From an uncultured Candidatus Saccharibacteria bacterium (GTDB taxonomy: Bacteria > Patescibacteriota > Minisyncoccia > Ryanbacterales > 2-02-FULL-48-12), in assembly GCA_964479945.1 (NCBI GenBank), contig CAYZNS010000004.1:13715-77714 (forward strand): a stretch of 64,000 nt of DNA, given 5' to 3'. The position numbers and the translations under genes were made by a program. The notes under the pieces are model-generated. The model saw nothing but the letters and a program-made list of their open reading frames with translations, had not been told where the DNA came from and made no database searches. Within the stretch, counting starts at the first letter, position 1. Every line of letters begins with the position of its first letter. This document shows, piece after piece, positions 1 through 9,596 of this stretch.

Positions 1-5
1 CCAGT

Positions 6-1382
6 TTGTATCATTTTCCATCAGGATTTTTATCTGCCCCGAAAGTAAAATACTTAAAAGCCCGTGAGGCGCCCCCGCCCGCGAATTTGCCGGAGAGCGG
101 CATTCTTTTGGGCGAAAACGTATTCCGCGGTGATCGTTCTCTGATACACATTCAACCGGATGACCGTCGTCGCCATCTTTATACTATCGGGCAGACAGGT
201 ACTGGGAAAACTAATTTCATGAAGAGTATGATCCATCAGGATATTATGGCGGGTCAGGGCGTATGTTTTATAGATCCGCATGGTGAGACAACAGAAGAAC
301 TTCTAGAGCTTATTCCCAAAGAGCGCGTGGACGACGTAATTTATTTTAATCCGGGCGACGTGGCGCGCCCGCTGGGCCTCAACATGCTGGAATACGATGC
401 GCGGTTTCCGGAGCAGAAAACGTTTGTGGTAAACGAGATGTTCAGCATTTTCCAGAAGCTCTACGGCGCGGTACCCGAATCCATGGGACCTATGTTTGAG
501 CAGTATTTCCGCAACGCCACCATGCTGGTGATGGACGATCCTGCATCCGGCAGCACGCTTATGGAAATTGAGCGCGTACTTTCTGACAAGGACTTCCGCG
601 CGTATAAACTCTCACGCACGAAAAACGTAGTAGTGCGCACGTTTTGGGAAGACGTAGCGGAGAAAGCGGGCGGGGAAGCCGCGCTTCAGAATATCGTCCC
701 CTATATTACATCCAAGTTTGACATTTTTCTTGCCAATGAAATCATGCGGCCTATTGTAGGGCAGGAGGCGTCCGCGTTTAATTTCCGTGAAGTAATGGAT
801 GCGCAAAAAATTCTTCTGGTGAATCTTTCCAAAGGGCGGCTTGGCGACATTAACTCCCATCTTTTGGGGCTTATTATAGTAGGCAAACTTCTTATGGCGG
901 CCCTTTCGCGCGGGGAGATGCCGCAACTGGAACGCAGGGATTTTTATCTCTATATTGACGAGTTTCAGAATGTTACCACGAAATCCATAGAGACGATTCT
1001 TTCCGAAGCCCGCAAGTACCGCCTGAACTTGACCGTTGCGCACCAGTTCATCGGGCAGTTGGAAGAGAATATAAAGAAAGCGGTGTTCGGCAACGTGGGG
1101 TCCATGGTTTCATTTCGCATCGGCGCGGATGATGCGGAATATATAGAAGATCAATTCGCGCCGGTGTTCAACGCGCATGATCTTATGAACATAGACAACT
1201 ACAATGCGTATGTGAAATTATTAATAAATGGGCAAACGTCGCGTCCGTTCAACATCCGCACGTTCGCCGTGCCGGAAGGGAACAAGGCGGTGGCGGAGGC
1301 GGTAAAGGAATTATCAAGCATAAAATACGGCAAGCCGCGCGAAGAGGTGGAGTGGAAAATAGCATCGCGCTTCCGCGCGTAG
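6..1382 (+). CDS. TraD/TrwB/VirD4-family P-loop ATPase (type IV secretion coupling-protein-like); probably 5'-truncated by window edge
   Basis: Walker A GQTGTGKT, Walker B LYIDEFQ, C-terminal RKYRLNLTVAHQFIGQL motif typical of the coupling-protein/FtsK-HerA clade; ORF opens with TTG 5 nt from the window start. Confidence 0.5.
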   Translation: MYHFPSGFLSAPKVKYLKAREAPPPANLPESGILLGENVFRGDRSLIHIQPDDRRRHLYTIGQTGTGKTNFMKSMIHQDIMAGQGVCFIDPHGETTEELLELIPKERVDDVIYFNPGDVARPLGLNMLEYDARFPEQKTFVVNEMFSIFQKLYGAVPESMGPMFEQYFRNATMLVMDDPASGSTLMEIERVLSDKDFRAYKLSRTKNVVVRTFWEDVAEKAGGEAALQNIVPYITSKFDIFLANEIMRPIVGQEASAFNFREVMDAQKILLVNLSKGRLGDINSHLLGLIIVGKLLMAALSRGEMPQLERRDFYLYIDEFQNVTTKSIETILSEARKYRLNLTVAHQFIGQLEENIKKAVFGNVGSMVSFRIGADDAEYIEDQFAPVFNAHDLMNIDNYNAYVKLLINGQTSRPFNIRTFAVPEGNKAVAEAVKELSSIKYGKPREEVEWKIASRFRA

Positions 1383-1390
1383 GATAGTAA

Positions 1391-1443
1391 CCCGTAAACC
1401 GTAACTCGTACAAAAAATTACGGATTACGAGTTATGAGTTACG
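1391..1443. repeat. hairpin spacer built from GTAACTCG / TTACGAG units
   Basis: ccgtaaaccgtaactcgta-caaaaaat-tacggattacgagttatgagttacg. Confidence 0.6.
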
Positions 1444-1446
1444 TTT

Positions 1447-2013
1447 ATGATTTTTCAAGATATCATAATAGGTTTTTCTGATATCGCAAGTGCATTAACT
1501 TCCGATTTGGGGGTGTGGTGGCTCTTGACTCCCATTATTTTTTTGTGGCTTGCCATGGAAGTGTATTTCGGCGAATATAAACAAGAGCAGTTGGGATTTT
1601 CCAGCACGCTTGCTAATGGGTTTTCTCTGTTCTGGATTTCCATTATGTCATTTCGCGTGTTCTTGTTATTTGAGCGCGCGTACGCGAACGGCGCGTATCG
1701 CGATATGCGGGTATATATTCTCGGCTTTCTTGTGCTGTATGCCCTTGCTATAATTTATTTTTCCTTTTCGCACCGGTTAAGCGCTGCTATTGTGCAAGTG
1801 CTTGCCGGCCCGTCGCTCACGTATTTCTTTTCCATCCTTTCCGTATTGTGGGGACAACGCCTGTTGAATGTTTCGTTGCCTATCATATACGCTTTATGTA
1901 TATCCTTCGGCATTCTTATCTTTATATTTTCCTTATTGCGCCATCAATTGGGATTACGGGGAGAAGTGGAACGCATCCGGCAGTTGGATGGTAATAATAT
2001 GAATCATGCGTGA
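1447..2013 (+). CDS. hypothetical integral membrane protein
   Basis: hydrophobic 188-aa ORF with multiple predicted TM helices; overlaps the following GtrA-like gene by 8 nt. Confidence 0.4.
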   Translation: MIFQDIIIGFSDIASALTSDLGVWWLLTPIIFLWLAMEVYFGEYKQEQLGFSSTLANGFSLFWISIMSFRVFLLFERAYANGAYRDMRVYILGFLVLYALAIIYFSFSHRLSAAIVQVLAGPSLTYFFSILSVLWGQRLLNVSLPIIYALCISFGILIFIFSLLRHQLGLRGEVERIRQLDGNNMNHA

Positions 2014-2728
2014 CGGAGATTACCGCATAGCAGCCATTGCCGGATTCTTCACCGGTGTTTTCATGTTGCCGGTGCTTTATAACCTTGCCATTGCATTCCC
2101 GTTTGGCTTGCCGTACGTGAGCATCGTTTTTATCATCCCTGTTTTCTGGGTAATTGGCATCTGGCTGGGAAAGGTTCTTTCCCGCTGGCTGGGCATCATG
2201 CCGCAGTTTTCGCGGTATGCGGCCGCCGGATTTTTGAGCTTCGCCATTGATTTCGGCATTACCAATACGCTTATATTCTTTACCGGCATTGCATCCGGGA
2301 GATGGTTTGCCGTATTTAAGGCGGCGGGTTATGTAGTGGCAAATGTTAACGCATATATATGGAACAAATATTGGGTATTCCGCCAATATACGCCGGACGA
2401 GCGTGTATCACTGCGCACAGTCGCGCGCGAATACGGCAAATTCCTGACGGTGAGCGTTATCGGTTTTGTTATCAATGTCTCCGTGGCGTCGCTGGTGGTG
2501 GATGTTATCCGGCCGCAGTTCGGTTTTGCGGAAAAAGCATGGGCAAATATTGCCCTTATAATAGCAACGGCAATAACCATCATTTGGAATTTCGCGGGGT
2601 ATAAATTGTTTGTTTTTAGAAAATCTGTGAATCAGCAAAACAATAATGGCAATGATGAGAGTACGGGTATTGATAATGAAATTCAAAAATCAATATTCAA
2701 AAATCAAAATTACAATTCAAAATTTTAA
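2006..2728 (+). CDS. GtrA-family membrane protein (polysaccharide synthesis/flippase-like)
   Basis: GtrA signature AYIWNKYWVF plus extra N-terminal TM segments; N/Q-rich low-complexity C-tail. Confidence 0.6.
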   Translation: MRDGDYRIAAIAGFFTGVFMLPVLYNLAIAFPFGLPYVSIVFIIPVFWVIGIWLGKVLSRWLGIMPQFSRYAAAGFLSFAIDFGITNTLIFFTGIASGRWFAVFKAAGYVVANVNAYIWNKYWVFRQYTPDERVSLRTVAREYGKFLTVSVIGFVINVSVASLVVDVIRPQFGFAEKAWANIALIIATAITIIWNFAGYKLFVFRKSVNQQNNNGNDESTGIDNEIQKSIFKNQNYNSKF

Positions 2729-2817
2729 ATTTTACACTGTAATTTTTCATTTTGCACTTTTAATTTTGCATTTCATAAGGTCTGGAATACCTGCATTTTT
2801 CGTGTTATCATGTCCTT

Positions 2818-3948
2818 ATGCAGAATCAAGTTTTATATAGAAAATACCGTCCCCAGAGCTTTGGCGACGTGGTGGGGCAGGCGCATGTTACAACCCTTCT
2901 AAAAAATGCCGTCAAGCTGAACCGGGTGGCGCACGCGTTTTTGTTTTCCGGTCCGCGCGGCACGGGAAAAACTACCGTCGCGCGGCTCTTGGCGAAAGCG
3001 GCAAGTTGCGAGAAGCCCAAAGACGGCGAGCCATGCAACACATGCGGCATATGCAAAGAATTTTCTTCCGGCGCCTCGCTTGATCTTATTGAAATAGACG
3101 CGGCCTCTTCCCGCGGCATTGACGATATTCGCGAACTGCGGGAGTCTGTGCGCTTGGCGCCCAGCCGCGGCAGGTATAAGGCGTACATCATCGACGAGGT
3201 GCATATGTTGACAAAAGAAGCATTTAATGCTCTCCTCAAAACTTTGGAAGAGCCGCCGGCGCACGCGATGTTCATTCTTGCGACCACGGAGTTTCAAAAA
3301 ATGCCGGAGACCATTGTATCCCGCACGCAGCATTATGAATTCCGTAAAATCGCAACGCTCGCCATTGTGGACCGCCTCTCCATGTTGGCAGAGAAGGAGG
3401 GGATCAGCGCCGAAAAAGATGCGTTGCGCCTTATAGGCATATTTGCAGACGGCGGCTTGCGCGACGCCGAGAGCATGCTGGGGCAGGTGGCAAGCGGCCG
3501 CGATAAGCTCACGGCGGAAGACGTGCGGCTGGTGCTGGGCGCGCCCAAGGAAGAACACGTACACGCGTTTATTGTCGCACTCTTTGCCAAAGACGCGGGA
3601 ACGGCGGCGCGCATTGCGAACGCCGCGATTGATGAAGGAACGGATCCGCAGATGTATCTTAAAATGAATATCCGCAATGTGCGGCATGTATTATTGCAAC
3701 GGCTTGACGCGAGCGCTGCGGTTCGTCTCAAGGACGATCTTACCGAAGCCGAACAGAAGTTTCTGGGTGCCGTGCCTGTAACGTTGAGTGTTCCGCAGTT
3801 GGAACACATGTTAAAATCCTTGATCGACGCCTACTGGATGAGTTATCGCGCTGTCTTCCCCCAGTTGCCGCTGGAGCTTGCCATTGTGGAAATTTTGCGG
3901 GATAGTTTTGGGGAGGAGAAAAAAGCAGTAAATCATATTGGGGAGTAG
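2818..3948 (+). CDS. dnaX: DNA polymerase III subunit gamma/tau, short form
   Basis: YRPQSFGDVVGQ..., Walker A GPRGTGKT, Zn-module CxxC, DEVHML box. Confidence 0.88.
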   Translation: MQNQVLYRKYRPQSFGDVVGQAHVTTLLKNAVKLNRVAHAFLFSGPRGTGKTTVARLLAKAASCEKPKDGEPCNTCGICKEFSSGASLDLIEIDAASSRGIDDIRELRESVRLAPSRGRYKAYIIDEVHMLTKEAFNALLKTLEEPPAHAMFILATTEFQKMPETIVSRTQHYEFRKIATLAIVDRLSMLAEKEGISAEKDALRLIGIFADGGLRDAESMLGQVASGRDKLTAEDVRLVLGAPKEEHVHAFIVALFAKDAGTAARIANAAIDEGTDPQMYLKMNIRNVRHVLLQRLDASAAVRLKDDLTEAEQKFLGAVPVTLSVPQLEHMLKSLIDAYWMSYRAVFPQLPLELAIVEILRDSFGEEKKAVNHIGE

Positions 3949-4009
3949 TGAAACGGTATCACGCGGGACTTTGGATCCCTAATTCCAGGTTCGAATCCTG
4001 GCTCCCCAG
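3939..4009 (+). tRNA. tRNA-Gln (anticodon TTG)
   Basis: manual cloverleaf: acceptor TGGGGAG/CTCCCCA, D-arm GTGA-AACGGTA-TCAC, anticodon loop CTTTGGA, T-arm CCAGG-TTCGAAT-CCTGG; 5' end overlaps the dnaX stop. Confidence 0.6.
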
Positions 4010-4072
4010 CCGCTAATATTGTTTACGTACAAACGTTCCAACTTTCCCCAAGCATAATCCTCGCGGTTACCA

Positions 4073-4099
4073 TTAGCACTCTTGACACAAGAGTGCTAA
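4073..4099 (+). promoter_or_regulatory. CIRCE operator (HrcA binding site)
   Basis: perfect TTAGCACTC-N9-GAGTGCTAA inverted repeat 23 nt upstream of hrcA. Confidence 0.9.
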
Positions 4100-4121
4100 T
4101 TTTTTATTATTGATACTATAA

Positions 4122-4787
4122 ATGCTTACGGCACGAGAACAGCATATATTAGAGCATGTAGTGCGGGAGTACATTGCAAACGCTACGCCCGTTTCATCAA
4201 AATGTGTTGCGGATAGCGGTATGATTGAGGCAAGTCCGGCCACTATACGCGCGGTGATGATGTATCTGGAAGACAAGGGGTTTCTGCGCCAGCCGCATAC
4301 GTCTGCCGGCCGTCTGCCAACGCAGCGCGGCTATCGGTATTTTGTGGATCACTGCCTGATACAGGAAGATGAAGCGCATGAGTTTGTAGATTTGCATGAA
4401 GCGCTACGTTTTGTAAGCGGGCGTTCGCGGCTCTTTACAGCCATGGTCAATCAGCGGGCGCATACGGTGGCATATTATGGCGTTGAGACAGTCCTACAGA
4501 GTCCTGAATTTACAGATCCGCACTGCCTGCGCATGTTTGGGCGCCTGGTGGATGCGTTGTATTCGTTTGCCGAATACTACGAGGAAGAATTGGAAGATGC
4601 GGAACAGACGCCGCGCGTATTTATTGAGCGTGAAAACCCGGCGCGGGAAGCGCAGTCGCTAGGCGTGGTAACGGCGCCGCTGCAGGATGAAGCCACATTG
4701 TTTTTCGCCATAGGGCCGTCGCGCATGGATTACGGATCTGCCATATCGGCCGTGCGAGCCATTGCGGAAAATCCTATGTGGCACTAA
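4122..4787 (+). CDS. hrcA: heat-inducible transcription repressor HrcA
   Basis: N-terminal winged-helix LTAREQHILEHVVREYI...SPATIRAVMMYLEDKGFL; CIRCE upstream; grpE-dnaK downstream. Confidence 0.85.
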   Translation: MLTAREQHILEHVVREYIANATPVSSKCVADSGMIEASPATIRAVMMYLEDKGFLRQPHTSAGRLPTQRGYRYFVDHCLIQEDEAHEFVDLHEALRFVSGRSRLFTAMVNQRAHTVAYYGVETVLQSPEFTDPHCLRMFGRLVDALYSFAEYYEEELEDAEQTPRVFIERENPAREAQSLGVVTAPLQDEATLFFAIGPSRMDYGSAISAVRAIAENPMWH

Positions 4788-4790
4788 CAT

Positions 4791-5348
4791 TTGTATATGA
4801 ATAACGAAGGACAAGAAAATGAGAAAGAACAGTATGAACCGGAAGAGGGAGGATTGGACGCAACAAACTTATCAGCCAGAGAGGTAGGGCTTCGGCGGGA
4901 CCTTGCACAGTGCCGCAAGGAGAAGCAGGAGTATCTGCAAGGCTGGCAGCGGTGCCAAGCGGATGCGGTAAATTTCCGGCAGGAAGAAGAGAGGCGGCGC
5001 AAAGAATACGCGCTGTTTGCGGCGGAAGGCATTATACGGGATATTCTGAACGTACTTGCCACATTTCATCACGCGTTTACAGGAAAGGATGATAAGGATC
5101 CTTATACCCGCGGCTTTCGGCACATATATGCGCAACTGGAAGCAGTGCTCCAGAGGCATGGGGTTGAGCAAATCATGACAAACGAGGAGCCGTTTAATGC
5201 GCTGCTTCACGAAGCTGTTGAAAATGTGCCGGTAGAAGATGCGGAGCAAGACAATATGGTTATGGAAGAAGTGGAAAAAGGATATATGCTGCATGGGAAG
5301 GTTATAAAGCCGGCAAAAGTGAAGGTGGGACAGTACAAAGAAAATTAA
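4791..5348 (+). CDS. grpE: nucleotide exchange factor GrpE
   Basis: GrpE coiled-coil plus C-terminal beta domain (…MEEVEKGYMLHGKVIKPAKVKV); operon position. Confidence 0.8.
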   Translation: MYMNNEGQENEKEQYEPEEGGLDATNLSAREVGLRRDLAQCRKEKQEYLQGWQRCQADAVNFRQEEERRRKEYALFAAEGIIRDILNVLATFHHAFTGKDDKDPYTRGFRHIYAQLEAVLQRHGVEQIMTNEEPFNALLHEAVENVPVEDAEQDNMVMEEVEKGYMLHGKVIKPAKVKVGQYKEN

Positions 5349-5469
5349 AAATGCAAAAATAAAAATGAAAAATTACAAATCAAAATGTGAAAATGGAAAA
5401 AGAGGAATAGCGGCAATTTTACAACTTTAACATTGTAAAATAAGATTACAGGTTTATAAATAAAAAAAT

Positions 5470-7371
5470 ATGTCAAAGATACTAGGAATTGACCTCGGTA
5501 CCACCAACTCCGCCATGGCGGTGATGCAGGCGGGGCAGCCGAAAATAATAGAAAACAAAGAAGGGAACCGCACCACGCCGTCCATGGTAGCGGTCTCTAA
5601 AACGGCCGAGCGCCTGGCCGGTTTGCTTGCCAAGCGTCAGGCAATTACGAATCCTAAAAACACCATTTATTCCGCGAAGCGTCTGATCGGGCGCACGTTC
5701 ACGGACGCGCAGCTGGATAAGGACAAAGAAACCCTGCCATATGACATCCGCGCGTCGGCAAGCGGCGGCGTTGAGATTCGCATGGCGGATAAATGGTATA
5801 GGCCGGAGGAGATCTCTGCTATGGTTCTCCAGAAACTCAAGCATGATGCCGAAGAATACTTGGGCGAGAAAATAACGGAAGCGATTATAACCGTTCCTGC
5901 GTATTTTGACGACGATCAGCGGCAGGCAACCAAAAATGCGGGTGAGATAGCGGGCCTTACCGTGCGCCGAATTATCAACGAGCCCACGGCGGCCGCGCTT
6001 GCGTACGGGTTTGATAAAAAGAAGAACGAAAAGATAGTAGTGTATGATTTCGGCGGCGGCACGTTTGACGTATCAGTGCTGGAAATCGGCGACAATACCA
6101 TTGAGGTGCGCGCCACAGGCGGAGATACGCATTTGGGAGGGGATGATTTTGATCAGAAAATTATTGATCACCTTGTCGTGGAATTCAAGAAGGAATCCGG
6201 CATAGATATCTCAAAGGACGGCCTTGCCCTTCAGCGTCTTAAAGAAGCGGCGGAGAAAGCAAAACATGAATTATCTACTACGGTAGAGACGGAAATAAAT
6301 ATTCCCTTTATAACTTCCGGCGCGGACGGGCCGCAGCATCTCCTAATCAAGCTCGCGCGCGCCAAGTTGGAATCCCTGGTGAGTGAATATGTCTTACGCT
6401 CCGTGGAAATAACCAGGCAGGTAGTGCGCGATGCAAAATTTGAACTACACGCGATAGACGAAGTCATTTTGGTGGGCGGACAAACGCGCATGCCAGCCAT
6501 TGTAAATGCGGTGAAGGAACTGTTCGGCAAAGAGCCGAACAAGTCCATCAACCCGGATGAAGTGGTGGCGGTTGGAGCAGCTATTCAGGGCGGCATTATG
6601 CAGGGAGACGTAAAGGATGTTCTCCTTCTGGATGTAACACCGCTTTCGTTTGGCATTGAAACATTAGGGGGGGTATTTACGCGCCTTATAGAAAAAAATA
6701 CCACCATTCCCACGGCCAAAAGCCAGATATTTTCCACCGCCGCGGACAATCAAACGTCCGTGGAAGTGCACGTGCTGCAAGGGGAGCGGGAATTCGCGCG
6801 GGACAACAAAAGCTTGGGCCGGTTTATATTGGACGGTATCCCGCCTGCCCCCCGCGGCATGCCGCAAGTGGAGGTTACGTTTGACATTGATGCGAACGGC
6901 ATCCTCAATGTGAAAGCAAAAGACAAAGCGTCCGGCAAAGAACAATCCATTCGTATTGAAGCGTCTACCGGACTCTCCAAGGAAGAGATAGAGCGCATGA
7001 AGCAGGATGCGGCCGCGCATGCCGAGGAAGACAAGAAACGCAAAGAGACTGTGGAAATGAAAAATACGGCAGACGCGCTTATCTACACGGCGGAGAAGTC
7101 TCTCCGCGACGCGGGCGACAAAGCGCCGGAAGATATCCGCAAAGACGTGGAGACGAAAATAGAGGATCTCAAAAAAGCGAAGGAAGGGGATGACGCGCAG
7201 CAGATTCAAAACGTGTCCAGCGCGCTGCAAGCATCGCTTTCAAAGATAGGCGAGTATCTCTACAAGCAGCAGCCGCAAGAGAACAAAGGCACGCAATCAA
7301 CTGATGATAAGAAAGACAATGTGAAAGATGCGGAGTTCAAGGATGTAGAAGATAAGAATAAAGAATCATGA
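5470..7371 (+). CDS. dnaK: molecular chaperone DnaK (Hsp70)
   Basis: [18 protein letters not shown], full Hsp70 architecture, 633 aa. Confidence 0.95.
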   Translation: MSKILGIDLGTTNSAMAVMQAGQPKIIENKEGNRTTPSMVAVSKTAERLAGLLAKRQAITNPKNTIYSAKRLIGRTFTDAQLDKDKETLPYDIRASASGGVEIRMADKWYRPEEISAMVLQKLKHDAEEYLGEKITEAIITVPAYFDDDQRQATKNAGEIAGLTVRRIINEPTAAALAYGFDKKKNEKIVVYDFGGGTFDVSVLEIGDNTIEVRATGGDTHLGGDDFDQKIIDHLVVEFKKESGIDISKDGLALQRLKEAAEKAKHELSTTVETEINIPFITSGADGPQHLLIKLARAKLESLVSEYVLRSVEITRQVVRDAKFELHAIDEVILVGGQTRMPAIVNAVKELFGKEPNKSINPDEVVAVGAAIQGGIMQGDVKDVLLLDVTPLSFGIETLGGVFTRLIEKNTTIPTAKSQIFSTAADNQTSVEVHVLQGEREFARDNKSLGRFILDGIPPAPRGMPQVEVTFDIDANGILNVKAKDKASGKEQSIRIEASTGLSKEEIERMKQDAAAHAEEDKKRKETVEMKNTADALIYTAEKSLRDAGDKAPEDIRKDVETKIEDLKKAKEGDDAQQIQNVSSALQASLSKIGEYLYKQQPQENKGTQSTDDKKDNVKDAEFKDVEDKNKES

Positions 7372-7569
7372 ATCATGAATCATGAATTATGAAATATGGA
7401 AAACGTAAAACTCTAAACTCTAAGTCCTAAACAAGTCTCAAGTTCAAAGTGCAAAGTTCAAAAAGAGGTTTTTATGCTTTATGTTTTTATCTTCGAGTTT
7501 GTTTAGAGTTTAGGGTTTGGAACTTAGAATTTTTGTCCTTGATTCATAATTCTTACTTCATAATTCAAA
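7372..7569. repeat. heptamer-based imperfect palindromic spacer (catgaat / aactcta motifs and their reverse complements)
   Basis: tandem atcatga x3 at left edge mirrored by ttcataa repeats at right edge; nested inverted repeats seen directly. Confidence 0.6.
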
Positions 7570-8544
7570 ATGCTTTATACTGAAAGCATTATGACGAATG
7601 TTAAATCTTTCATTGTCGGCATAATCATAGTTGCGTCTTCTGTCCCTTTTTGGTTTTTCTATCGCGAGGCAATCGGCCTCAATGCAGGTAACGGCCTTGC
7701 CGTGTCTTACGCGCTGATATTGCTGACAATTAATCTTGCCGCAACGGCGCTTTTGCTTCTGTTCGCGGAACGCGCGCGCATACTTATTGTGGTGGCCGTG
7801 CTGAACGCGTTTTCGTTTCTTTATTTTTTTGGCGCTTCCGTAATTACGGGCATAGGTGCGTTTTTTCTTTTGGCGGCCGTGTGGTACGCGTACGAGCGGG
7901 TGCATGCGGAGATTGAAAGCCGTATTACATTTAACGTGTCCATTCTGTTGCGGCAGGGCATGCCTTCCGTTCTTACGGCGCTTGCCATAGCGCTTGCATT
8001 GGGATATTTTGTGCAAACCGCGAAAACGCCCGAGCGCATTACCATACGCGATATTATTCCCCGCGCGGTGTTTGAGGCCGTATTTGAGAATACCGTTCCC
8101 TATATTGGCACTGCGGCGCTTGAGGGTTTTAGCGCCAATCTCACGGTTGACGAATACATAGAGCGGCAGCTTACAAAAGGCGGGCTGGATATAACACAGC
8201 TCCCCGCCGGCGAGCGGGAACAAGTTTTTGCCCGCGCCCGGGAAGAGCTGTTTCGGCAGGTTTCCGACACGCTGCCGGAAACTTCCATTCAGGGTGATAC
8301 GCGCATCGGCGACGTATTGTATGACATTATTATTGCGCGAAGCGAGCAGGTACTCGCACCCTATCAGCAGTTTATCCCTTTTGCGTTTGCATTCGGACTC
8401 TTTTTATTTCTTCGTACGGTTGCGCTGCCATATGGGTGGGCAATTTCATGGATTATCCGCGGCGCCATAGCGCTGCTTCGGCGCGGAGGAGTGGTGGTGC
8501 GAACGGAGGAACAGGCTGTGAAAGAACGCATGTCTTGGGCATGA
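7570..8544 (+). CDS. hypothetical polytopic membrane protein
   Basis: 324-aa ORF with multiple hydrophobic helices; no recognisable family. Confidence 0.45.
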   Translation: MLYTESIMTNVKSFIVGIIIVASSVPFWFFYREAIGLNAGNGLAVSYALILLTINLAATALLLLFAERARILIVVAVLNAFSFLYFFGASVITGIGAFFLLAAVWYAYERVHAEIESRITFNVSILLRQGMPSVLTALAIALALGYFVQTAKTPERITIRDIIPRAVFEAVFENTVPYIGTAALEGFSANLTVDEYIERQLTKGGLDITQLPAGEREQVFARAREELFRQVSDTLPETSIQGDTRIGDVLYDIIIARSEQVLAPYQQFIPFAFAFGLFLFLRTVALPYGWAISWIIRGAIALLRRGGVVVRTEEQAVKERMSWA

Positions 8545-8622
8545 AGGGGAGGGATATCCACAGGATTTTGGTTACGAGGCGCTTGACAAGCCAGACGCAT
8601 TTTTGATACATAAGAAAGTAAC

Positions 8623-8742
8623 ATGAATACGATAGGTCGCAGCTATTACATGGGCAGGGAGGCAAGCGCTCTCCTCTTTTGGGGCGTGCTTTTTATTACT
8701 CTCTTTGCCATCGTAACGGGGCGGCTTCAGGTGTTTTCCTAA
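8623..8742 (+). CDS. possible small hydrophobic peptide (39 aa)
   Basis: ATG ORF MNTIGRSYYMGREASALLFWGVLFITLFAIVTGRLQVFS following a TTGACA-like box; speculative. Confidence 0.2.
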   Translation: MNTIGRSYYMGREASALLFWGVLFITLFAIVTGRLQVFS

Positions 8743-8791
8743 AACAAAAGGAGGCAGAAAAAGGAAAACAAAAACAAGAGTATATCAAGCA

Positions 8792-8826
8792 GCCGATCCC
8801 GCAAAAACGGGATCGGTTTTTTTGTT
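8792..8826 (+). terminator. intrinsic terminator
   Basis: GCCGATCCCG-caaaaa-CGGGATCGG hairpin followed by T7 run. Confidence 0.6.
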
Positions 8827-8851
8827 CTTTAACAACAACATAGGAGGGTGT

Positions 8852-9223
8852 ATGCAGAAATGCGTAGATTGCGGAGCATTCACGGATGTTGTGGAAGGCG
8901 GTTTCCAGTGTCCGGCTTGCGGGTTGTTTTTCCAGCGAAGCGCCGGAAACCGTATTCGTATTTCCGGAAATGAATTACGGCGTATTGCGTCCAAAGCTAT
9001 GAAAACAGAAGAATGGAGGTGTCCTGTGCAGTGTAAATGCGGATCAGATATGGCGCCTATAGATCAGGGAGTATTTTTATGCCATGCATGCGGTATAACG
9101 CGGGAAGTGAAAAACAACGAATGGAAAGAGAATGACCTGATCGCCCGCATGGACAAGCGGTTTAAGGGATTTCGCGATCATGTAAACACATTTTTTTACC
9201 TGCTGCGGCAATCGCCGTTCTAG
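8852..9223 (+). CDS. hypothetical double zinc-ribbon protein
   Basis: four CxxC pairs (CVDCG, CPAC, CPVQCKCG, CHACG); strong SD AGGAGGG before ATG at 8852 (the track ORF begins at an upstream TTG at 8822). Confidence 0.5.
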   Translation: MQKCVDCGAFTDVVEGGFQCPACGLFFQRSAGNRIRISGNELRRIASKAMKTEEWRCPVQCKCGSDMAPIDQGVFLCHACGITREVKNNEWKENDLIARMDKRFKGFRDHVNTFFYLLRQSPF

Positions 9224-9235
9224 AGGAGGTCTGTC

Positions 9236-9517
9236 ATGAGTGATGTTATGTTTCTATTGTTGCAGGTTGGTGATTTGCAGTTAACTGGTTACTGGGTGAG
9301 GCAATATGATATAAGCTGTCCATTTCGCGACTGCAAGTCAGATGATGTGTATGTTTTGTTCGATGGCCAAAGCCGCACCAGTACGTATCCTTACCGCTGC
9401 TGGAAGTGTGAGCAGGTGTGGTATTTTGCATATTCCCAATTCCCCATACCGGATTTCTTTAGCTTAAAGCGGGAAGGGAAAGACACGCGCATACCACAAG
9501 TTAACGTAAAGAAATAA
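9236..9517 (+). CDS. hypothetical small Cys-containing protein
   Basis: 93-aa ORF with SD GAGGAGG; CPFRDC and CWKC motifs. Confidence 0.4.
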   Translation: MSDVMFLLLQVGDLQLTGYWVRQYDISCPFRDCKSDDVYVLFDGQSRTSTYPYRCWKCEQVWYFAYSQFPIPDFFSLKREGKDTRIPQVNVKK

Positions 9518-9530
9518 CAATCATGTATCA

Positions 9531-9560
9531 GGATTGCTTGGCAAAGAGCAATCCTTTTTT
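9531..9560 (+). terminator. intrinsic terminator
   Basis: GGATTGCT-tggcaaag-AGCAATCC hairpin plus T6. Confidence 0.55.
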
Positions 9561-9596
9561 CTTGAAAATATGCATGGAGTATAGTAGCTTTATGAA

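Noticed and set aside
2899-3687. 262-aa minus-strand ORF
   Set aside because: Antisense to dnaX. An Arg/Ala-rich frame artefact of a GC-rich coding region.
7558-8223. 221-aa minus-strand ORF
   Set aside because: Antisense to the membrane-protein gene 7570-8544. A Lys/Arg-rich off-frame product.
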